Source: Eledone cirrhosa
Lineage: Eukaryota
Length of the DNA: 64,000 nucleotides
Assembly: GCA_964016885.1 (NCBI GenBank)
Contig: OZ024742.1
Span: forward strand, 336,474,001 to 336,538,000
Direction: 5' to 3'
The notes beneath the pieces were generated by a model. It saw only the letters and a list, made by a program, of their open reading frames with translations. It did not search any database and was not told the DNA's origin. Shown here in pieces: positions 1 through 16,340 of the stretch (position 1 is the stretch's first letter; each line of letters starts with the position of its first letter). The position numbers and the translations under genes are program-made.

Positions 1-62
1 AATGTGTGTGATATACATAAATACGTCTGTGTGTGTATATATATATATATATATACACACAC

Positions 63-159
<97 letters not shown>

Positions 160-912
160 CATATATATATACACCCACACACACATATATATATACGAAG
201 ATACACACGTATGTATATATATATATATATATATATCGCGTGTGTGTGGGGAGAGAGAGAGAGAGGGAGAGATAGATAGAGAGGGAGAGATAGATAGAGA
301 GGGAGAGAAAGTGAATGGATTGTAAAAACAAAATGTTTCTCTGAACTTAATTCTTTCTGACATTGGCACAAGTGAAGCAACTCGGGTGAAGGGGAAAGGG
401 GAAAGGGGAAAGGGTGAAGGGGAAAGGGGAAAGGGGAAAGGCGATTATATCTATCATTGTACTTAACTGCTACTTTATTCTATCGATCCCCGTAAAGGAT
501 GAAAGCCAAAGTTAACCTCGGCGGGATTTGAACTCTGAACTTAACAATACGCATGAAGTAAACATTATTGGTGTTGGTGTTGCAGTTGGTGTTGGTGTTG
601 TTGGCGGTGTTGTTCTTAGTATTTCTGGTTGTAGAGATGGTTATAGTGGTAGTGTTTCTATTGTGGTGGTGGTGGTGGTGGTGGTGGTGGTGGTAGTGGG
701 GATGGTGTCCTTGTTCGTAGTTATGGTGGTGGTCGTTATAATGGTCGTTGTCGTGGTTGTTGTTTTCCTTCTACTTGGTAGATGTGGAGGGAGCAATGCC
801 GTTGATGCCCTGGAAAAAAGATGAGTAAGGTGGAGGTTCCAGAGGTTTGACATTCAGGGTTAGGTCAGAAAGAATTGGGGGATGTGGTTCCTACTGGGTC
901 TCATAAACACAC

Positions 913-988
<76 letters not shown>

Positions 989-1200
989 GAAAAAATAACG
1001 AGGAAGTTTCTCATTTGTTCCTCTCTTTACGTTGCCTCACCATTCGTGTTTGTTTACCTGTGTCTCTTTCTCCACCCAACGCTTAATTTAGATATTGTAT
1101 TGCCCTAGCCGGAGGTATATAGTCTGTAATGCGAAGAAATACCTATGATGGCTCATCGACCACTGATGATGGATAGTCCTGGCTTCTATTTCTAATTCTT

Positions 1201-1236
<36 letters not shown>

Positions 1237-1377
1237 GAAGTAATTCCGTCGGAAAAGTCCAGGAAAAAAGAGTGCTCTATGTAAGCAACAGAGCTTAATT
1301 ATTATGCACGCACACACATGTGTATGGGGGAAATATATTTATATTTGTATACGCGTGCGTGCGTGCGCGCATACACA

Positions 1378-1433
<56 letters not shown>

Positions 1434-2231
1434 TATACATACACAGATTCTCATCTGTATTATAACCTTCATGCTCTGCGGTGTACTGAGTGCCTTGCTT
1501 ACTGTGGCTGCCTCCGATTCAACCCGGAATAACGTGTGTGTGTATGCGCGTGTGTGTATGTGTGTGTGTGTGAGTGTGTGTGTGTGTGTGTGTGTTTTCG
1601 TGTATGTGTGGTTGTATGGGTAGTCTTATTTTATTTTTATTTTTCCTTTCCTTCTTCCTTCTCCAGCCTCACTTTCATATAGCTTGCTTTTTTTGTTTTT
1701 AAGATCCAAATTCAATAAACAAACCAGGATTTTTTCATCCTGAGGATTGAAAGCAAAACCTTTTGCTTTTAAGAAACCACTGGTAAATGGAATAATTGCC
1801 TTATGTTGTTTATTACATAATAATATATATATATATATATATATATTCATACAATGGCCATTTAGTGTCAATATCTGGAATCGTGGATACTCATTAGGTG
1901 GTCAAAATAATATCGCTTACGTAAATATCACCTGGTGAAGATATCCGGCATTGCTTTATTGGTTAATGCAACACCAGATATTTTATGTCATCGAAAATAA
2001 AATTAGTATTATATTTCGTTTGGTATTTACCAAAGCGTTAATGATTCTACCTTTTGGTGATTAATCAGTATCCTTTGATATGAAACGTCACGATTTATTA
2101 TTACTAATGAACGTTATATCATATATCTTGTATATACAGGGTGTCCCAAGAAATGTATACACACTTTGATTACTTTTACAGGCAATATTTATTAGAATGC
2201 TATTGAAGTGTGTATATATTTTGTGAACAGC

Positions 2232-2333
<102 letters not shown>

Positions 2334-3181
2334 TAATCAGATCAAGTGTTAGTTTAACACCAACACTTCAGTATTGGCAGGGTAGAGAAATCAACGAAGT
2401 CCACAAGAGGCTCTGTAAACTCCGGAGCAAATTTATAAACAAGAGGTATAAGTCAACATTTCATCATTTACTTCTTGTATTACCGTAAATTTGTAAAAGA
2501 AGTAAATTATGAAATATGGACTTATACCTCTGCGTGCGTGCGTGCGTGCGTGCGTGTGTGTGTGTGCATATTTAGTGAAGTCGCGTGGCTGACTGGTTAG
2601 AGAGTTCGATTCCTGGCCCGGTCGATGCGTTATGTCCTTGAGCAAGTCACTTTTATTTTCACATTGCTCCTTCTACTTGGAGTTGCGACCGAAAGATAGT
2701 ATTAGCAATTGGAAACACCAACGGAAACATTGTTTCCTCGGTCCGATTTGACGAACGTCGGTCGACTGTCGATGCATATATACATACAGATAATCGTAAT
2801 GGGTAAGGACCCCCTTCGGTCACAAATGACCATGGGATTTGCCTGTAGTAAGTTTCTCTCCGAGGCACATGTCTGGTTGTTTGTCGAAGACCAGCAGTCG
2901 CCGATACATAACTTGTCTTCTCTTTCTACGCTACTGATATTGTCCCAATACAGATTGACACTAGTGTCTTAATCAGCAGCAACGTGAAATATTCAAGGAC
3001 ATAACGCACCACGCTGTCCGAGAATCGAACTCAAAACGTCTCCATTGCAAGCCCAATGTTTCATACACACACACATACACACACACACACACACACATAA
3101 ATATATATGTATATATATATATGTATGTATGTATGTATCTAGGTAGCTATTTATCTATCTATCTATCTCTCTTTCTCTCTC

Positions 3182-3246
<65 letters not shown>

Positions 3247-3467
3247 ATTCCACTTGCTTGTGGTGGGGCCGATAACGTTGTTATAACTCAATGTGTGGTA
3301 ACGTAACCACTACCATGCCAGTCGATACATCGATCTTCACGATCAATCCACCCCCTCTGAAACGTAAATCAATGAACTAGTTAACAACCTATCTCTGAAG
3401 TTTGTTTATGAAATAGAAAGATAGAGAGTTAAAAGAGAAAGGAACGGAAAAATGGAGTAAAAATGTA

Positions 3468-3757
<290 letters not shown>

Positions 3758-4675
3758 TATATATTTCATTACTGTATGCACTGATCACCCTAATTCTGTT
3801 TGTATCAGTAAATTTAGGTTACGGTAAGAGAAAGGATGAAGTGAAACAATATCCTTCAAATACCCTCTATTTCATTGACGTTTCTGACCGTTGTCTTTTC
3901 TTTCTTTCTCTCCCATTGTAGGTAAGCGATTCACGTCATTTTGTATTATGTTTGGTTACCTTGTGTTAATGTCAGTATATGGAAAGAAGAAGTGGTAAGT
4001 AAGATTAATGTTATATTCTATTGTTTTATCATATTATCATCACCTTTGTTGTTGTTGATGTTATTGTTGTTGTCGCTGTTGTTTAACCCCACGTCAGCTC
4101 TAACTGAGGAAATGTATGATATAAGACGGTTTGTTGATTATATTCCTTTGCTCTAGATGTTGATGGTGACAGTGGCGCTAGTAGTAATGATGTTTTCGGT
4201 CATGTTAATATTATAGGGGTGTTGGTTTTACTGATGATGATAATGAAGGTTATGATGTTGGTAGTAGTGTTAATGGAGATAATGACCTCGTTGTCCTGGT
4301 GGTGGTGGTGGGGATAGCTCTATAGTGGGCGTTAGATACTTTCTACGCTTACGCGTGCATTTATCCACACACTTATAAATATCGATCCACATACATTTAT
4401 GAACACACACATAAACATACAAACACATACATACTTACATACATACATGCATACATACATACATACATACATACATACATACATACATACATACATACAC
4501 ACATACACACATACATAACTGCTCAATACAGTTTATCGCTACCTTCGGTTTGAAAACATGCCCCTCTGTTAGCCATAAAGTTTTATTATGGTTAACCTAG
4601 AAATCTTTTTCATCAGGCTAGTAGATAAGATGTCTGACACTAAATACTTATATATATATATATATATATATATAT

Positions 4676-4875
4676 AACAAAGGAATTGTGGTAAGGAACC
4701 AGATGGACCATAACGCACCAGAGTACTCAATACTTGGAGTAGTAGAGTGGGTAATAGGAAAATGTTAGACCCCGACGGCAGAGCTCAAGCCGTTTCGAGG
4801 GCTATTTGTAGACGTCTGGAGTCCAGAAATAGCCGTCGAAACGGCTTGAGCTCTGCCGTCGGGGTCTAACATTTT

Positions 4876-4878
<3 letters not shown>
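4676..4878 (-). mobile_element. Fold-back mini-copy of the same PLE family
   Basis: Tail 4676-4755, inverted repeat 4756-4878, (TA)n on both sides. Confidence 0.9.
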
Positions 4879-4915
<37 letters not shown>

Positions 4916-5118
4916 TTTGAAAAGGGTCCCGCACGGGTAAGTACATACAATGAATCAAAAACAGTAGGCGAAGACAACGGGCAAACGAACGAAATACAGA
5001 ATACAGTCTCATTTGGAGCTCATCGTGGTTTCGGGTTTATATGGTCGATACCACTAGCTCCAGTCTCCTTGGTACATCAACAAATTTGCTATAAAACAAC
5101 GTGTGACAACAACTGGTA

Positions 5119-5179
<61 letters not shown>

Positions 5180-5224
5180 ATTGAATATTAAAGAGAGATA
5201 AACACAGATATAAACATACATGTG

Positions 5225-5525
5225 TTCAAATCGTAGGGGACGACGGAAATGACGGACGACAGGAGTATCCAAACCGACTCTGATGTCCCTCAAATGTTCT
5301 GCAAAATGGTCCGCCATACGGCGTCCCGTTTGTCCGATAAATAAAGACCCGCAAAGGGAACACAGGAGGGCATAGACAACGTGGGTGGATGGGCAGGTGA
5401 AGAAATGGCGGATACGGAAAGACCCGTTAGGGCCTGTAAGAGTGGTGAGGGTGGAAATAAAGGGACAAGTGTTGCAGTAGGAATGGGAACAATGATGAGA
5501 ACCGGGTGGAGACGTGGGAGAGGAC
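5225..5525 (-). pseudogene. PLE GIY-YIG endonuclease fragment (Neptune-like Cys linker)
   Basis: PGSHHCSHSYCNTCPFI...FTCPSTHVVYALLCSLCGSLFIGQTGRRMADHFAEHLRDIR...PVVRHF. Confidence 0.85.
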
Positions 5526-5568
<43 letters not shown>

Positions 5569-5907
5569 TACAGTAGAATGCGTACAGCTTGGTGGTTAGG
5601 GGCTTGCAATCATGAAGTTGTGAGTTCTATTCCCGAAACGGGCAATGTTGTGTTCTTGAGTATTTTTCACGTTGTTCCAGTTTACTCAGCTGTAGAATAG
5701 AGTTGCGTGGTCACTCGTGTCAAGTTGTATCAGCCTTAGCCTTTCCCTTGGATAACATCAGTGACGGGGTGAGGGGAGTCTGGTATGCATGGGTGACTGC
5801 TGGTCTTACACAAACACACCTTGCCCAGAGCTGTGCCTCGGACGACAATATTTGTAGGTGCAAATCCCATGGATATTTGTGATTAAAGGGTGTCTTTTAC
5901 TTTACAC

Positions 5908-6011
<104 letters not shown>

Positions 6012-6563
6012 TGAGAAAGATAGGTGGAAAGAGGTATATGATCAAATTTTCCCCGCAAATATCGGCCCAAATTGTGAAGGCCCGTGGAAGAATTTGACAA
6101 TAAAAGATATTGGGACTATTTTGAGGCAGGAATTTAAGAACCCTTACGTTAAGAACGTTTACCTTTCCTTTGTATCTTTCTAATACGAAACGAATTAATA
6201 ACCATCTTCGGTTATCACCTATGTATTCCTGATTGATGTGTCTCCTACAACCTTTACTTCTGTTAATCCTGAATGAAGTTAATTTAGTGAATTTAATTTA
6301 ATGAACACTGATTATTTCATACTGACGATACTTACGAAAATAGAAACAACATATATTCGAATATGAGAATATAAAAACCAAACCATAACAAATATTTGTA
6401 TTTGAATAAATATTTAAGAAAAAAATTAATATTGAATATTTTAAGAAATTAAGAGTAGTTTTTTCCAGAAAGTTCTTTCCTTCGTGAAAGAAACCAACAT
6501 AGCCAATAAAATATAAGCGCTAATATATATATATGTGCGTGTGTGTGTATGTGTATGCATATA

Positions 6564-6606
<43 letters not shown>

Positions 6607-7710
6607 ATAATTATATGTTCATATATGTATGTGTGTGTGTGTGCATGTATATATGTATAAATATATATATATATATATATATATAAACAGGAAAAACAAA
6701 TACCCAGAAACAAATACATATTCCTATACACACACAAAGTGTGTGTCTGTATGTTTATTTGTTCGTGTATGTGATGCGCTAAACTGGAGAAGACATGTTC
6801 AGTTAATTCCTAAGGCACATAGTAGGCCAATCTTGTTTGAAAAGACTTAAAACCGAGAACAAAGTGCCATGGATTAAGAAGCTGGAATATATTAATAAAA
6901 TCTTGATCGATGAGGGAATGTTAAGACGTCATTGAAGAGATAAATCTACATACAATAGCTGCTGGCAGAGCGTAGCACAAAGTAGGAGAAAACTAATGCA
7001 AAACATACAAACAGCGAAACCTTCAAAACATAAATGAAATATTAAACAAATATTTTGAATAATAAAGCTGCATAACGCAATAAAACCCCAAACAAGATAT
7101 AGAATATAACACAGTATAAACTATACAAGCAATGAATATTAAGTCATAAACATAAATATAGAGTAGTAAATAGAAAAAAGTGAATCAAAAACACAAGATA
7201 GCGTAAACTAAACAACAAATATTACGGCATAAATATAAAGTTGTCAAAGAAAAAAAATATATATATACTTAAACAAAACATACCACCAGAAAAACAAAAC
7301 CATAAATGCTATGACATAAACATTAAGATAACTTTTGAAATCCAGAAATATCAATGAATATTCATTTTCTTGAGACAAAAGAGTTTCTGGAAATAAACAT
7401 TTAAAAATAAGTAAAAAAATGAATAATGGATAATTGAAGTAGTCCAGATTATTGAATGGTGAGGAGTTATAAAAACTTATCTTGAATTACCTGATCTGAA
7501 AGAAATAGCTCATTAACATAATGGACTATTCCTTTCACACGCTACGCACACACACACATACAACGTATATATATATATACATTTTAATTCATGGTATTTA
7601 AGCATATGGCTATATTTGGGTTTAAGTCTTGAGAAGGCGTATTCCATTATCGGAGGATTTTTTACACAAATAGCATATCCCAACCATCAGTTTATATATA
7701 TGTGTGTATG

Positions 7711-7799
<89 letters not shown>

Positions 7800-8621
7800 G
7801 TGCGTGCGTGCGTGCGTGCGTGATCCATGTGTGGAACAATTTAAAACAATATGTGTGTGTGCGTGTGTAAAGATATGACTGCGTTCGAAAATGTATAGTT
7901 TTTATTAAGGGTTCTTTATATTTTCTCACTAATACTTTCTGTTTACTGTGGAACAAAGACATTCCTAAATCCATTGGCACAGATACAACCCACAAGAAAT
8001 AAGTTATGCAATTTTAATAGGAAACTGGTGATGCAGGTTTTATCTGTTGCAACGTCATTCCTATGACACCTACTACAAAACACGGTAACCCCCCCCCCCC
8101 CCCCACCCACACACACGTATTTGCTACCGTTTCCCTTTCTCTATAACCCCTTGAGATTCCTTCTTTCTGTGTGTATATGTATGTGTACGCATAATTTCCT
8201 GTGAATAGCTATATAACCCTGGGCTGGTCAGAGCATGCGCACATTCACACTTCTACACGCCTACATCAGACAGCTTGGTTAAGGACCGAACGCACATCCT
8301 TTGCACAAACAATCAAACCAGCACAGAGCCACACACACACACACACAATCAGACACATACACACACACACATAAACACACGCACTCACATATGTCCACTC
8401 ATATCTATAATATCCAGTAACCACCATTTCCACAAAATAGCTGACTGACTACACACGTGCTTTTTCTTATTCTCTTCTATCTTTCTATTTCATCTTTTAT
8501 TTCTCATTCAATCCTCTGATGATTGACTAGTCTCCGAAACGTTAATACTCTATTTTCTACAGTATAAAGCGATATTTCGTCATTGTAGTGTATTGTTTGC
8601 TCTATTGTTTCCGTCTATTTT

Positions 8622-8657
<36 letters not shown>

Positions 8658-8661
<4 letters not shown>

Positions 8662-8795
8662 TTTGAAAAAAGGAAAAGAATGACTTCACTTGTAGTTCTA
8701 AACAATAATATAATCAAATTGTTTAGAACTACAAGTGAAGTTATTCTTTTCCTTTTTTCAAATATAGCTAACTGTACCAAGGATTTCACACATTT

Positions 8796-8800
<5 letters not shown>
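8658..8800 (+). repeat. Fold-back element with a one-sided tail in (TA)n
   Basis: ~49-bp arms spanning 8658-8766 with an 11-bp loop; tail 8767-8800. Confidence 0.8.
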
Positions 8801-8856
<56 letters not shown>

Positions 8857-8859
<3 letters not shown>

Positions 8860-9212
8860 AGTGTAACTTGGAGTTACTGCAGGTTCACCCGGGTTAGCAC
8901 TCGATGTTTAGGTTCACTTCTGTGTTGAGGTGTAGAGCTATACAGAATGTAATATATTAAAAGGATAACAAGGACGATTGGTTATTCCTTCATTACATTT
9001 ATTGGTAGGTGACGCGCATTTCGCCACTGATCAACTCAAAGTTCGATCTGTATCGATCTTACCCGACTCAATAATCGGCAGCTCGACGGACCCTTTAAAA
9101 TGGTATATACCATTTAAAGATCGAACCTTGAGCTGATCAGTGGCGAAACGCGCGTCACCTACCAATAAATGTAATGAAGGAGTAACCAATCGTCCTTGTT
9201 ATCCTTTCAATA
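8857..9212 (-). mobile_element. PLE-like fold-back element with a degenerate hammerhead (9008-9092, -)
   Basis: Arms ~8953-9050 and ~9118-9212, tail 8857-8952. The minus strand reads GGT-CCGTCGA-...-GAAA-TGCGCG-TC-ACC. Confidence 0.75.
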
Positions 9213-9225
9213 TATATATATATAT

Positions 9226-9308
<83 letters not shown>

Positions 9309-9730
9309 TATATATATATTTATATACACACACACACACACACACATACATGGAGAACGATTACACAATGTATAATTTGTTAAACGCTTGTGGGAAAAGG
9401 AAAGGAAATGACTCAGTGTATCGAACGGTAATCTTTTATCAAGAAAGTGTGGAGTCAGGAGAAGGTTGGGAGGGGAAGAAAGAGGTAAAATGAGAAAAGA
9501 GAATGGGTTTATCTGAAAGGGTAAAGTGGACAGGTATGTGGACAGGTATGCCATTCTGTACAAGGACGTGTATGCATTAGTGGTGGCAGAAGGCCTGGGT
9601 CAGTCAGTGGTGCTGCTATGTGTGTGCAGTTGAATGGTTCCCTCTGTTTCATGTATGTGTCTGTCTACTTACCTGTGTCTAACGAGGTGTATAGCGTCAT
9701 CAGATTATATATATATATATATATATATAA

Positions 9731-9930
9731 ATATGAAAAGATTCAGGACCCCGACGGCTGAGCTCCGGCCGTTTCCACAGCTAGATCCGAACGATTGGAT
9801 CTAGCTGTCGAAACGGCCGGATCTCAGCCGTCGGGGTCTTGAATTTTTTCATATTACCCACTCTACCACCCTAAGTATCGAGTACTCTGGTGCGTTATGG
9901 TCCGCCTGGTATCTTACCACACCCTCTTTG
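9731..9930 (+). mobile_element. Fold-back mini-element of a sister subfamily
   Basis: Inverted repeat 9731-9854 containing GAAA-CGGC..GCCG-TC-GGGG, plus a related tail. Near-identical to 52474-52677. Confidence 0.88.
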
Positions 9931-10004
9931 ATATATATATATATATATAATCATCATCATCATCGTTTAATGCCCATCTTTCACGCTAGCATGTGTGTGT
10001 GTGT

Positions 10005-10071
<67 letters not shown>

Positions 10072-11044
10072 TAAAAAAGATGTCCCAGCGAGTGATTGAA
10101 TCACTTTACATATTGATGATAGTTTGTGTTCTTAACTTTCGACATCGGTGGAGTGAGAAGTGACAAGAGTGAAGTATTGAACACGATATAGTCGAGTATC
10201 TACCCAGTGAGTTGATGGGTCGTTGAAAACTTAAATAAATATATAAACAGCAAACATATAAACATATAAACAGCAAACATACAATAGTTTCTTGTCATTT
10301 AGACGCCAGCTGCTTTGGTTACTCTAGCTATTTGGCTATTTTATTTACATATTAACCCATGATAGATAAATATATTTTCATTTTGAATAACAAATTTATA
10401 AATTTATATAAATAAGCCTCGTGTTTAAACAATTGGATTTTTTTAACAGTTTATAAACTCCTTTAAAAAACATGCTTCAACGATGATAATCAATATTGGA
10501 CAACCACCCTGTGAAACTTTGATAGTCTACAAAGATTATGGGCACAGCGCCCTTCTTTCAGAGCTAGCAAATAATAATAATAAAAGACACATAAGACGCC
10601 AGCACGCTAACACATCAACACAGAACCTACTACACACAATAACCACCACTACCACACCCTGACTACACCTTCACCCACCAACGCCCCCGCCATTGCTGCA
10701 TCATTAGCACCAACAGACAACGCACCACCGCCACATCGTCACTACACCTTCACTACCACAGCAATTTCGACAGTATCAGTTACATTGTTCTTCTAATTGC
10801 CTGCAAAAGTCATAGAAACAACTCCTTCCTCCACACCTAGCAAAACAATACACAAAAATCATGGACTGAAAGTGAAATTTAAAAAATAAGTCATATATAT
10901 CGTTTGACCGCCAGAATATCAACATAATTCTGCATCTCCTATGAATTTTGTCTGATGAGAAAATGTTTTCGATTATGTTATACATAAGCCTTGCATCTTC
11001 GTAATACGTATTATAAAATAAATAGAGACGATCTAAAGTAACTA

Positions 11045-11276
11045 TAACTGGGAGAGGGCACTTGCCCTGGTGGTCAGGGTCACCGTGGCTTTTTTAATGG
11101 GCTTTCTCCACGAGTGCCCCTCGAAAGTCTCCCCATTGGTGAATTTTCCTTTGTTTCTTTTTTTTTGTCATTTCCTTTGTTTCTTTTTTCTTTACACGCT
11201 GAAATGCCCATTTGTACCGTCCTGTGCTGTCCTTAATGTTTACTTTATGTCAACCCTTGTGGTTAATAAAGAAAAG

Positions 11277-11320
<44 letters not shown>
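11045..11320 (+). mobile_element. 3' UTR fragment of a Tx1-like LINE with (ATT)n tail
   Basis: ggagagggcacttgc...cccttgtggttaataaagaaa resembles 25704-25910, followed by a microsatellite tail. Confidence 0.5.
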
Positions 11321-14300
11321 CTATGTACCGTTTAATGTTTGATATTACGTGTGTATCTTCTCCGCACAATAATACATATTTCTATACATGCGTATTTACG
11401 TACATGATGTCTTTTGTTGTTGATTTCTAGGAAACAATTTTTTTTATGTGCGATAAAGTGCTTAAATGACAACTAAAGAAAATGTTTCAAAGCATTGAGA
11501 GTAGTGGAAGATAAAAAAAATGGAAAGTGTATTGCATAACTGTAAAACGTGAGAGCGTACGTTTTACAACAGACAAAATATGGAAGAGAAATAGATAACA
11601 ATAGAGAGTGGAAGCAAATGATAAATGAAGGGAGGAACAGAAGGTTGGTATATAAATATAAGGGGGAGAGAGGGGGGGGGGAAATGGACATACACACAAA
11701 AACTTTTAGAAATATGCAGTAGAAAATTTCTTTTTCTTTTCTAGGTTCAAGTCTACAAAGCTTGATGGAAGTTATTTTAGGCAAAAGAGCATATGTTACA
11801 TTTTTATAGTATAATGGAGGCACATTATTGGTACAAACAAATAGACATATAAAAGTTTAAATATTATATAGATTATATTTATTCTCAACTGGACCCTAAC
11901 TGAATTGCCAAGACTAGCGACAATTTGTAATTTGTTTTAAATTTTCTAGCCGTATTTTACTACATTATCTTACGCCATTAAAGATAGTTTGATCGTATAA
12001 AGTAATGCGAAATCTTCAAGTGTGGTGCATGACCAAATTGGCTACGTTATTAGCATTCCACAGTTGTACGTCTTCTGTTTGTAGTTTTTTGTTTTAGTAA
12101 TGATAGCGAGATGCTGTTAAGATGGCTACCATGCGAATGTCGCACTTTTAGACTACATAACCAATGAAACAGATCATCTTGACATGCTAGGAACATAGTT
12201 CGTTGCGTTTGACCACTCCACCTCAAACAGAACCGGCATTTATATATAGAAGTCTCAAAATATATTAACATCTCTCGGTCATATTAAGACTATCGACTGC
12301 ATCAACCCCAAACAAGTACAAAACAGATGCACAGTGAAATTAACTGCAACACCAATACCTACAACAAGTTTAAAAGTTTAAACTTTTCTCTAAGCTGCTT
12401 GTCATCTACCTAGTATGAATATTAAAGAAATAACGAGCCAGCATTGGAGCTTATACCTGGTCATTCGGCCTAACAGAAATAGCAGCCAGTTCACCTTCAA
12501 TGTACACTTTACTATCTTAAAAAATAGGACATATAAAAATGTAGATCTAGATATACCATATCTAAAGATAAGATGGGATATTATAGCGGCATTGATTATA
12601 TGCCTGTCAGAAATAGGCCGATCTAGATCTAAAGAACAAGATCGATTCGTAAACGACTGAGTCCATCTTCACTGTTTTTGCTGTGGTCATTACTATCGTG
12701 TCCAATTATTAAAGACTAGATTGGACAACCAATCAGATGTGAGATTGTACAATGGCCACACCCCACTCAACACACCTAAAACGTATATACCAATATAAAA
12801 ATCTGGACACAGACATTAAAAAATGTGGAAATTGAAGAGAAACAATCCCCATCTTGACGTTTCTTCGAATCCAACACAGTGGTCAGATAACAGCTTTCCA
12901 CCTCTCCACACACCTCGCTGCAATTTCATTGAAGCCAGCAAGTTCTTTTTAGTTGCATGAATTGGGTATCAAAGAGCAGTAACCATAGTCCATTTGTGAT
13001 CGCCTTGTTCTCATATTTAAGTGGCTGGGTGCCGTCCAGTGATCCCACAATGCTTCTGCGTTAAGAAGGCGGTTTTTCAGAAGGAAAGATTTCCGAATCA
13101 GTTGGCGGAGGATGGAGTTCTGGGGACCCAGCAGCAATAACAAACTTAAACGTATTACAAAGAGTAGACAGTAGACATAATATTCTTGATCAAGCTATTG
13201 AGTCTGCCAATGTCACTGGTGCATGGTCATTCCTAAATTCTCAACTATAGCTTCTCGTCACTATTGTAAACAATAACCCCTGCGAATAATTTAAAGGTAA
13301 GGTAAATGATGGAGTCGTTACCTTACATGCCTTGAAGAGATGATAAAGTTGACCTCGGCGGGATTTGAACTCTGAGTACAGTGAGCCCAAACAAATACGA
13401 GAAAGTTTTGATCCGCCACCCTAACGACTATGGCAAGTCTCCGCCTTCTAATCATTAAAATATATGCTGACAATCCCCAGGACTTATGATAATACACAGC
13501 ATGCAGGAATTAACACAACTAGGAGGTGTACACATATGAATTAGATTATTTCCAACACAACACAGAAAAAAACAATATATAAATGCAAATAAAAACACTT
13601 CATCTAAGTTCAACGGACAAAGTTACGCCGTTAGAGCAGGCAATAAAAAATAGACACTTCACTGAAAAATAATAATGATATTGGTGATGATGATAATATG
13701 ATGACTACGACTACGATGATGATGGTGGTGATGGTGATTATGATAAACTACTTATGATGGAAGGCAGAAATAAAGGTGACAACGAAGATAATGAAGATGA
13801 TGATCATCATCATCAACATCGGCATTATTATCAGCATCATCCTCAACATCATCTTCATCATCATCGTCATCATGTTCATCATCGTCGTCATCATCATCAT
13901 CATCGTGGTCACATGCCAAAAGTCCAAGAAATATCAGATCGATGATAAGAAGGAATTAATAATGGTTCTGTGTCTGACTTGAATTCTTTAGTTTGAAATT
14001 ATTCCGTTACAGCAACGTTTCCGAACAGCTCTTGAGTACCGACAATAACGATACTGGTGTACTGGTACACGCCAGCAAATTATGAGTGGATGTGTGTGTT
14101 TGAGTGCGTGTGTGTGTGTGTGTGCGCGCGTGAGCGTGTGTCTGTCTGTATGCGTGCGCTTTTGTGTGTGTAGTAGTGAACGAAATAATAGGAAAACAAC
14201 AAAAAAGAGAAAAATGTCCAAATTGAAAATATTACGTTTACGCTCAGATGTGAAAAAGGTCAATACATATATGGCATGACGTCTTTGGGTTTAACGGAGT

Positions 14301-14439
14301 TGGAGCTTTGAACTCAAATTGGCTTAGGCTGCTTTCACTTAGCAAGGAATTTGATCTTAGCAACAAACTTCAAACCGTAAGATCCAAGGATTAACTATGT
14401 CATTATACACAGATGTAACCTAAAAGATCTCAAAGACAC

Positions 14440-16340
14440 TCGTTCTTTTCACTCTTCTTGATATCCCTCGGATCATATACTGCTGCACAGTAAGGTGTCA
14501 TTAAATCTTCCCCCGACAATAAATCTCACCCAAGTTTCATGTGGGTGCTTTCAGATGGAACTTTCTGCAAAACCTGCGTCATCCCTCGACACTGTGCAGA
14601 TTTCTGATAACATTGGGGCTTCCTGGAAAGCGCTCAAAGATGCCACCTAGAAGCCTCCGTAGAACTTTTAGTATTTCCTGTGAAAAAACACTAGGACTGT
14701 TGTAATGAAAGTAACCCAGACATCAAGAATCTTGTCAGCATGATTCATAACCTATAATACAGGCTCTAGATTAGAGATAAAACTCAGCAACTAAAACAAA
14801 ACAACCTATAAAGTCTGTAAGCAGCAAGCAACAGTCCTCACTTAGAAAGATGAAGGAAGCCTGGTGGGTAGCTAAAGCAGCTGAGCTATAAGCCGCTGCC
14901 GATAGAAAGGACTCAGAGACTTTTATAATGGCCTGAAGACGGTGTATGGTCCGTGGGAGAGGAGGTCAAATCCAGTTCTATCTTCTGGTGGTATGACCCT
15001 ATACACAGACAAATATGAGATACTCTCTCGATGAAAGGGTCCCAAATACTTTGAAAAGATCCCAAGTACTGAGTCAAACGTTGATGAAGATATGATATCT
15101 ATACCGCAAGATATGATATCTATCTCAAAGCTCTCTTGATAATCCTCAAAAAGCTGGCATACTACGCTAAATACCATCATGTCTTTTAATGAGGGCATGA
15201 ACACATCAATTAAGTCAAATAATGAATGCTCTGAACCCTTTGGTGTCACAAATGGTTTCCTTCTTTGTTCTTCTCTGTAACGCTCCAGTATTCATGTGGT
15301 GACTTAGACACTGGTAACAGATTTGAATTCCCTATATCAGTTGGGTTATTCAACCGTCAGCGCTCTAAGGCTAAAACACTTACACGAACTCATGTTATTT
15401 GTGATTTACTGTTTACCGATGGTGATGCACTTGCTGCAACATCCCTTGAAGAGGCACAAGGATCGATGAACCATTTTCTGCTTGCATTTAAAGCATTTGA
15501 GTTAACAATCAGCATTAAGAAGACTGAGGTAGTACATCACCCTAGACAAGTAGAAGATTTGAGGTAAGGACTGCCGGGGCACGGGCAACTCCATATTCCC
15601 ATCACTTGGCAACAAGGTGAACCGCTCTGCATCCTTGGATGATAAGATCGTCAATCACGTCTCTAAAGCAACTGATGCTTTTGGCAAACTACAATGAGGT
15701 GTCCCTGAAAACGAAAGTTGCAGTTCGTCGCACAGTGGTACTAACAATACTCGGAGTCATGGACACATATTGAAACCACATTTATAAGCTTGATTGATAA
15801 CTTCCAAAAACATTGTTTACACTCTATCTGTGGTTATGCACTTTCTAATATAATCTCCAATACCGGTTTCTTCACGAGGTGCAACAAAGGTGGAATTGAA
15901 TTGTTTCAGATGCAATCCCAACTCAGATAGGCTGGTCATATCCTACGGATGACTGAGGATCGCACACCCAAAGTACTATTATAGTCAACTTTATAATGGT
16001 GCACGTAATGTAGGCAGGCCAATCTTAAACCTCTGGACATACCTTTTACTTCTTTTAAAGCGCTAGCTGCTGACTGGAAAATGGAGAACTATCTGCCATG
16101 AAGGTATAAAGAATTTTGAACAATCTCGTCTGGTTCATCTTCGTGATCTAAGATCAAATACCAAGATCCGATCAAACATTCCATTTTGCTCCACTCAATA
16201 TTCTGTCATCTGCACTGAATGTGGCCTGATGTGTAAATCAACAGCTGGACTAAAGTGCCATTTAACGTATACTCATAAAAAATGACCTGAGAATAATGTT
16301 GTACTCTCATACGTCTACATACGACAGGGGAGTCCATCGC
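14440..16340 (+). mobile_element. Degraded RTE-clade LINE
   Basis: Fragments WWVAKAAEL.AAADRKD..FYNGLKTVYGP, LLFTDGDALAA, LTISIKKTEV, QLR.AGHILRM..RTPK, and a C-terminal CTECGLMCKSTAGLKCH finger; many stops and deletions. Confidence 0.85.

Noticed and set aside
8510-8550. CTGATGA...GAAA hammerhead-like core
   Set aside because: There is no convincing stem I pairing; at best a decayed relic, so it was not counted.
12700-12900. Possible PLE RT remnant (NLDTDIK..EIEE..IP.LDV)
   Set aside because: Too degraded and frameshifted to support without a homology search.
13754-13945. His-rich ORF (also 36596-36964)
   Set aside because: Derived from (CAT)n/(GAT)n simple repeats; no splice or homology support.
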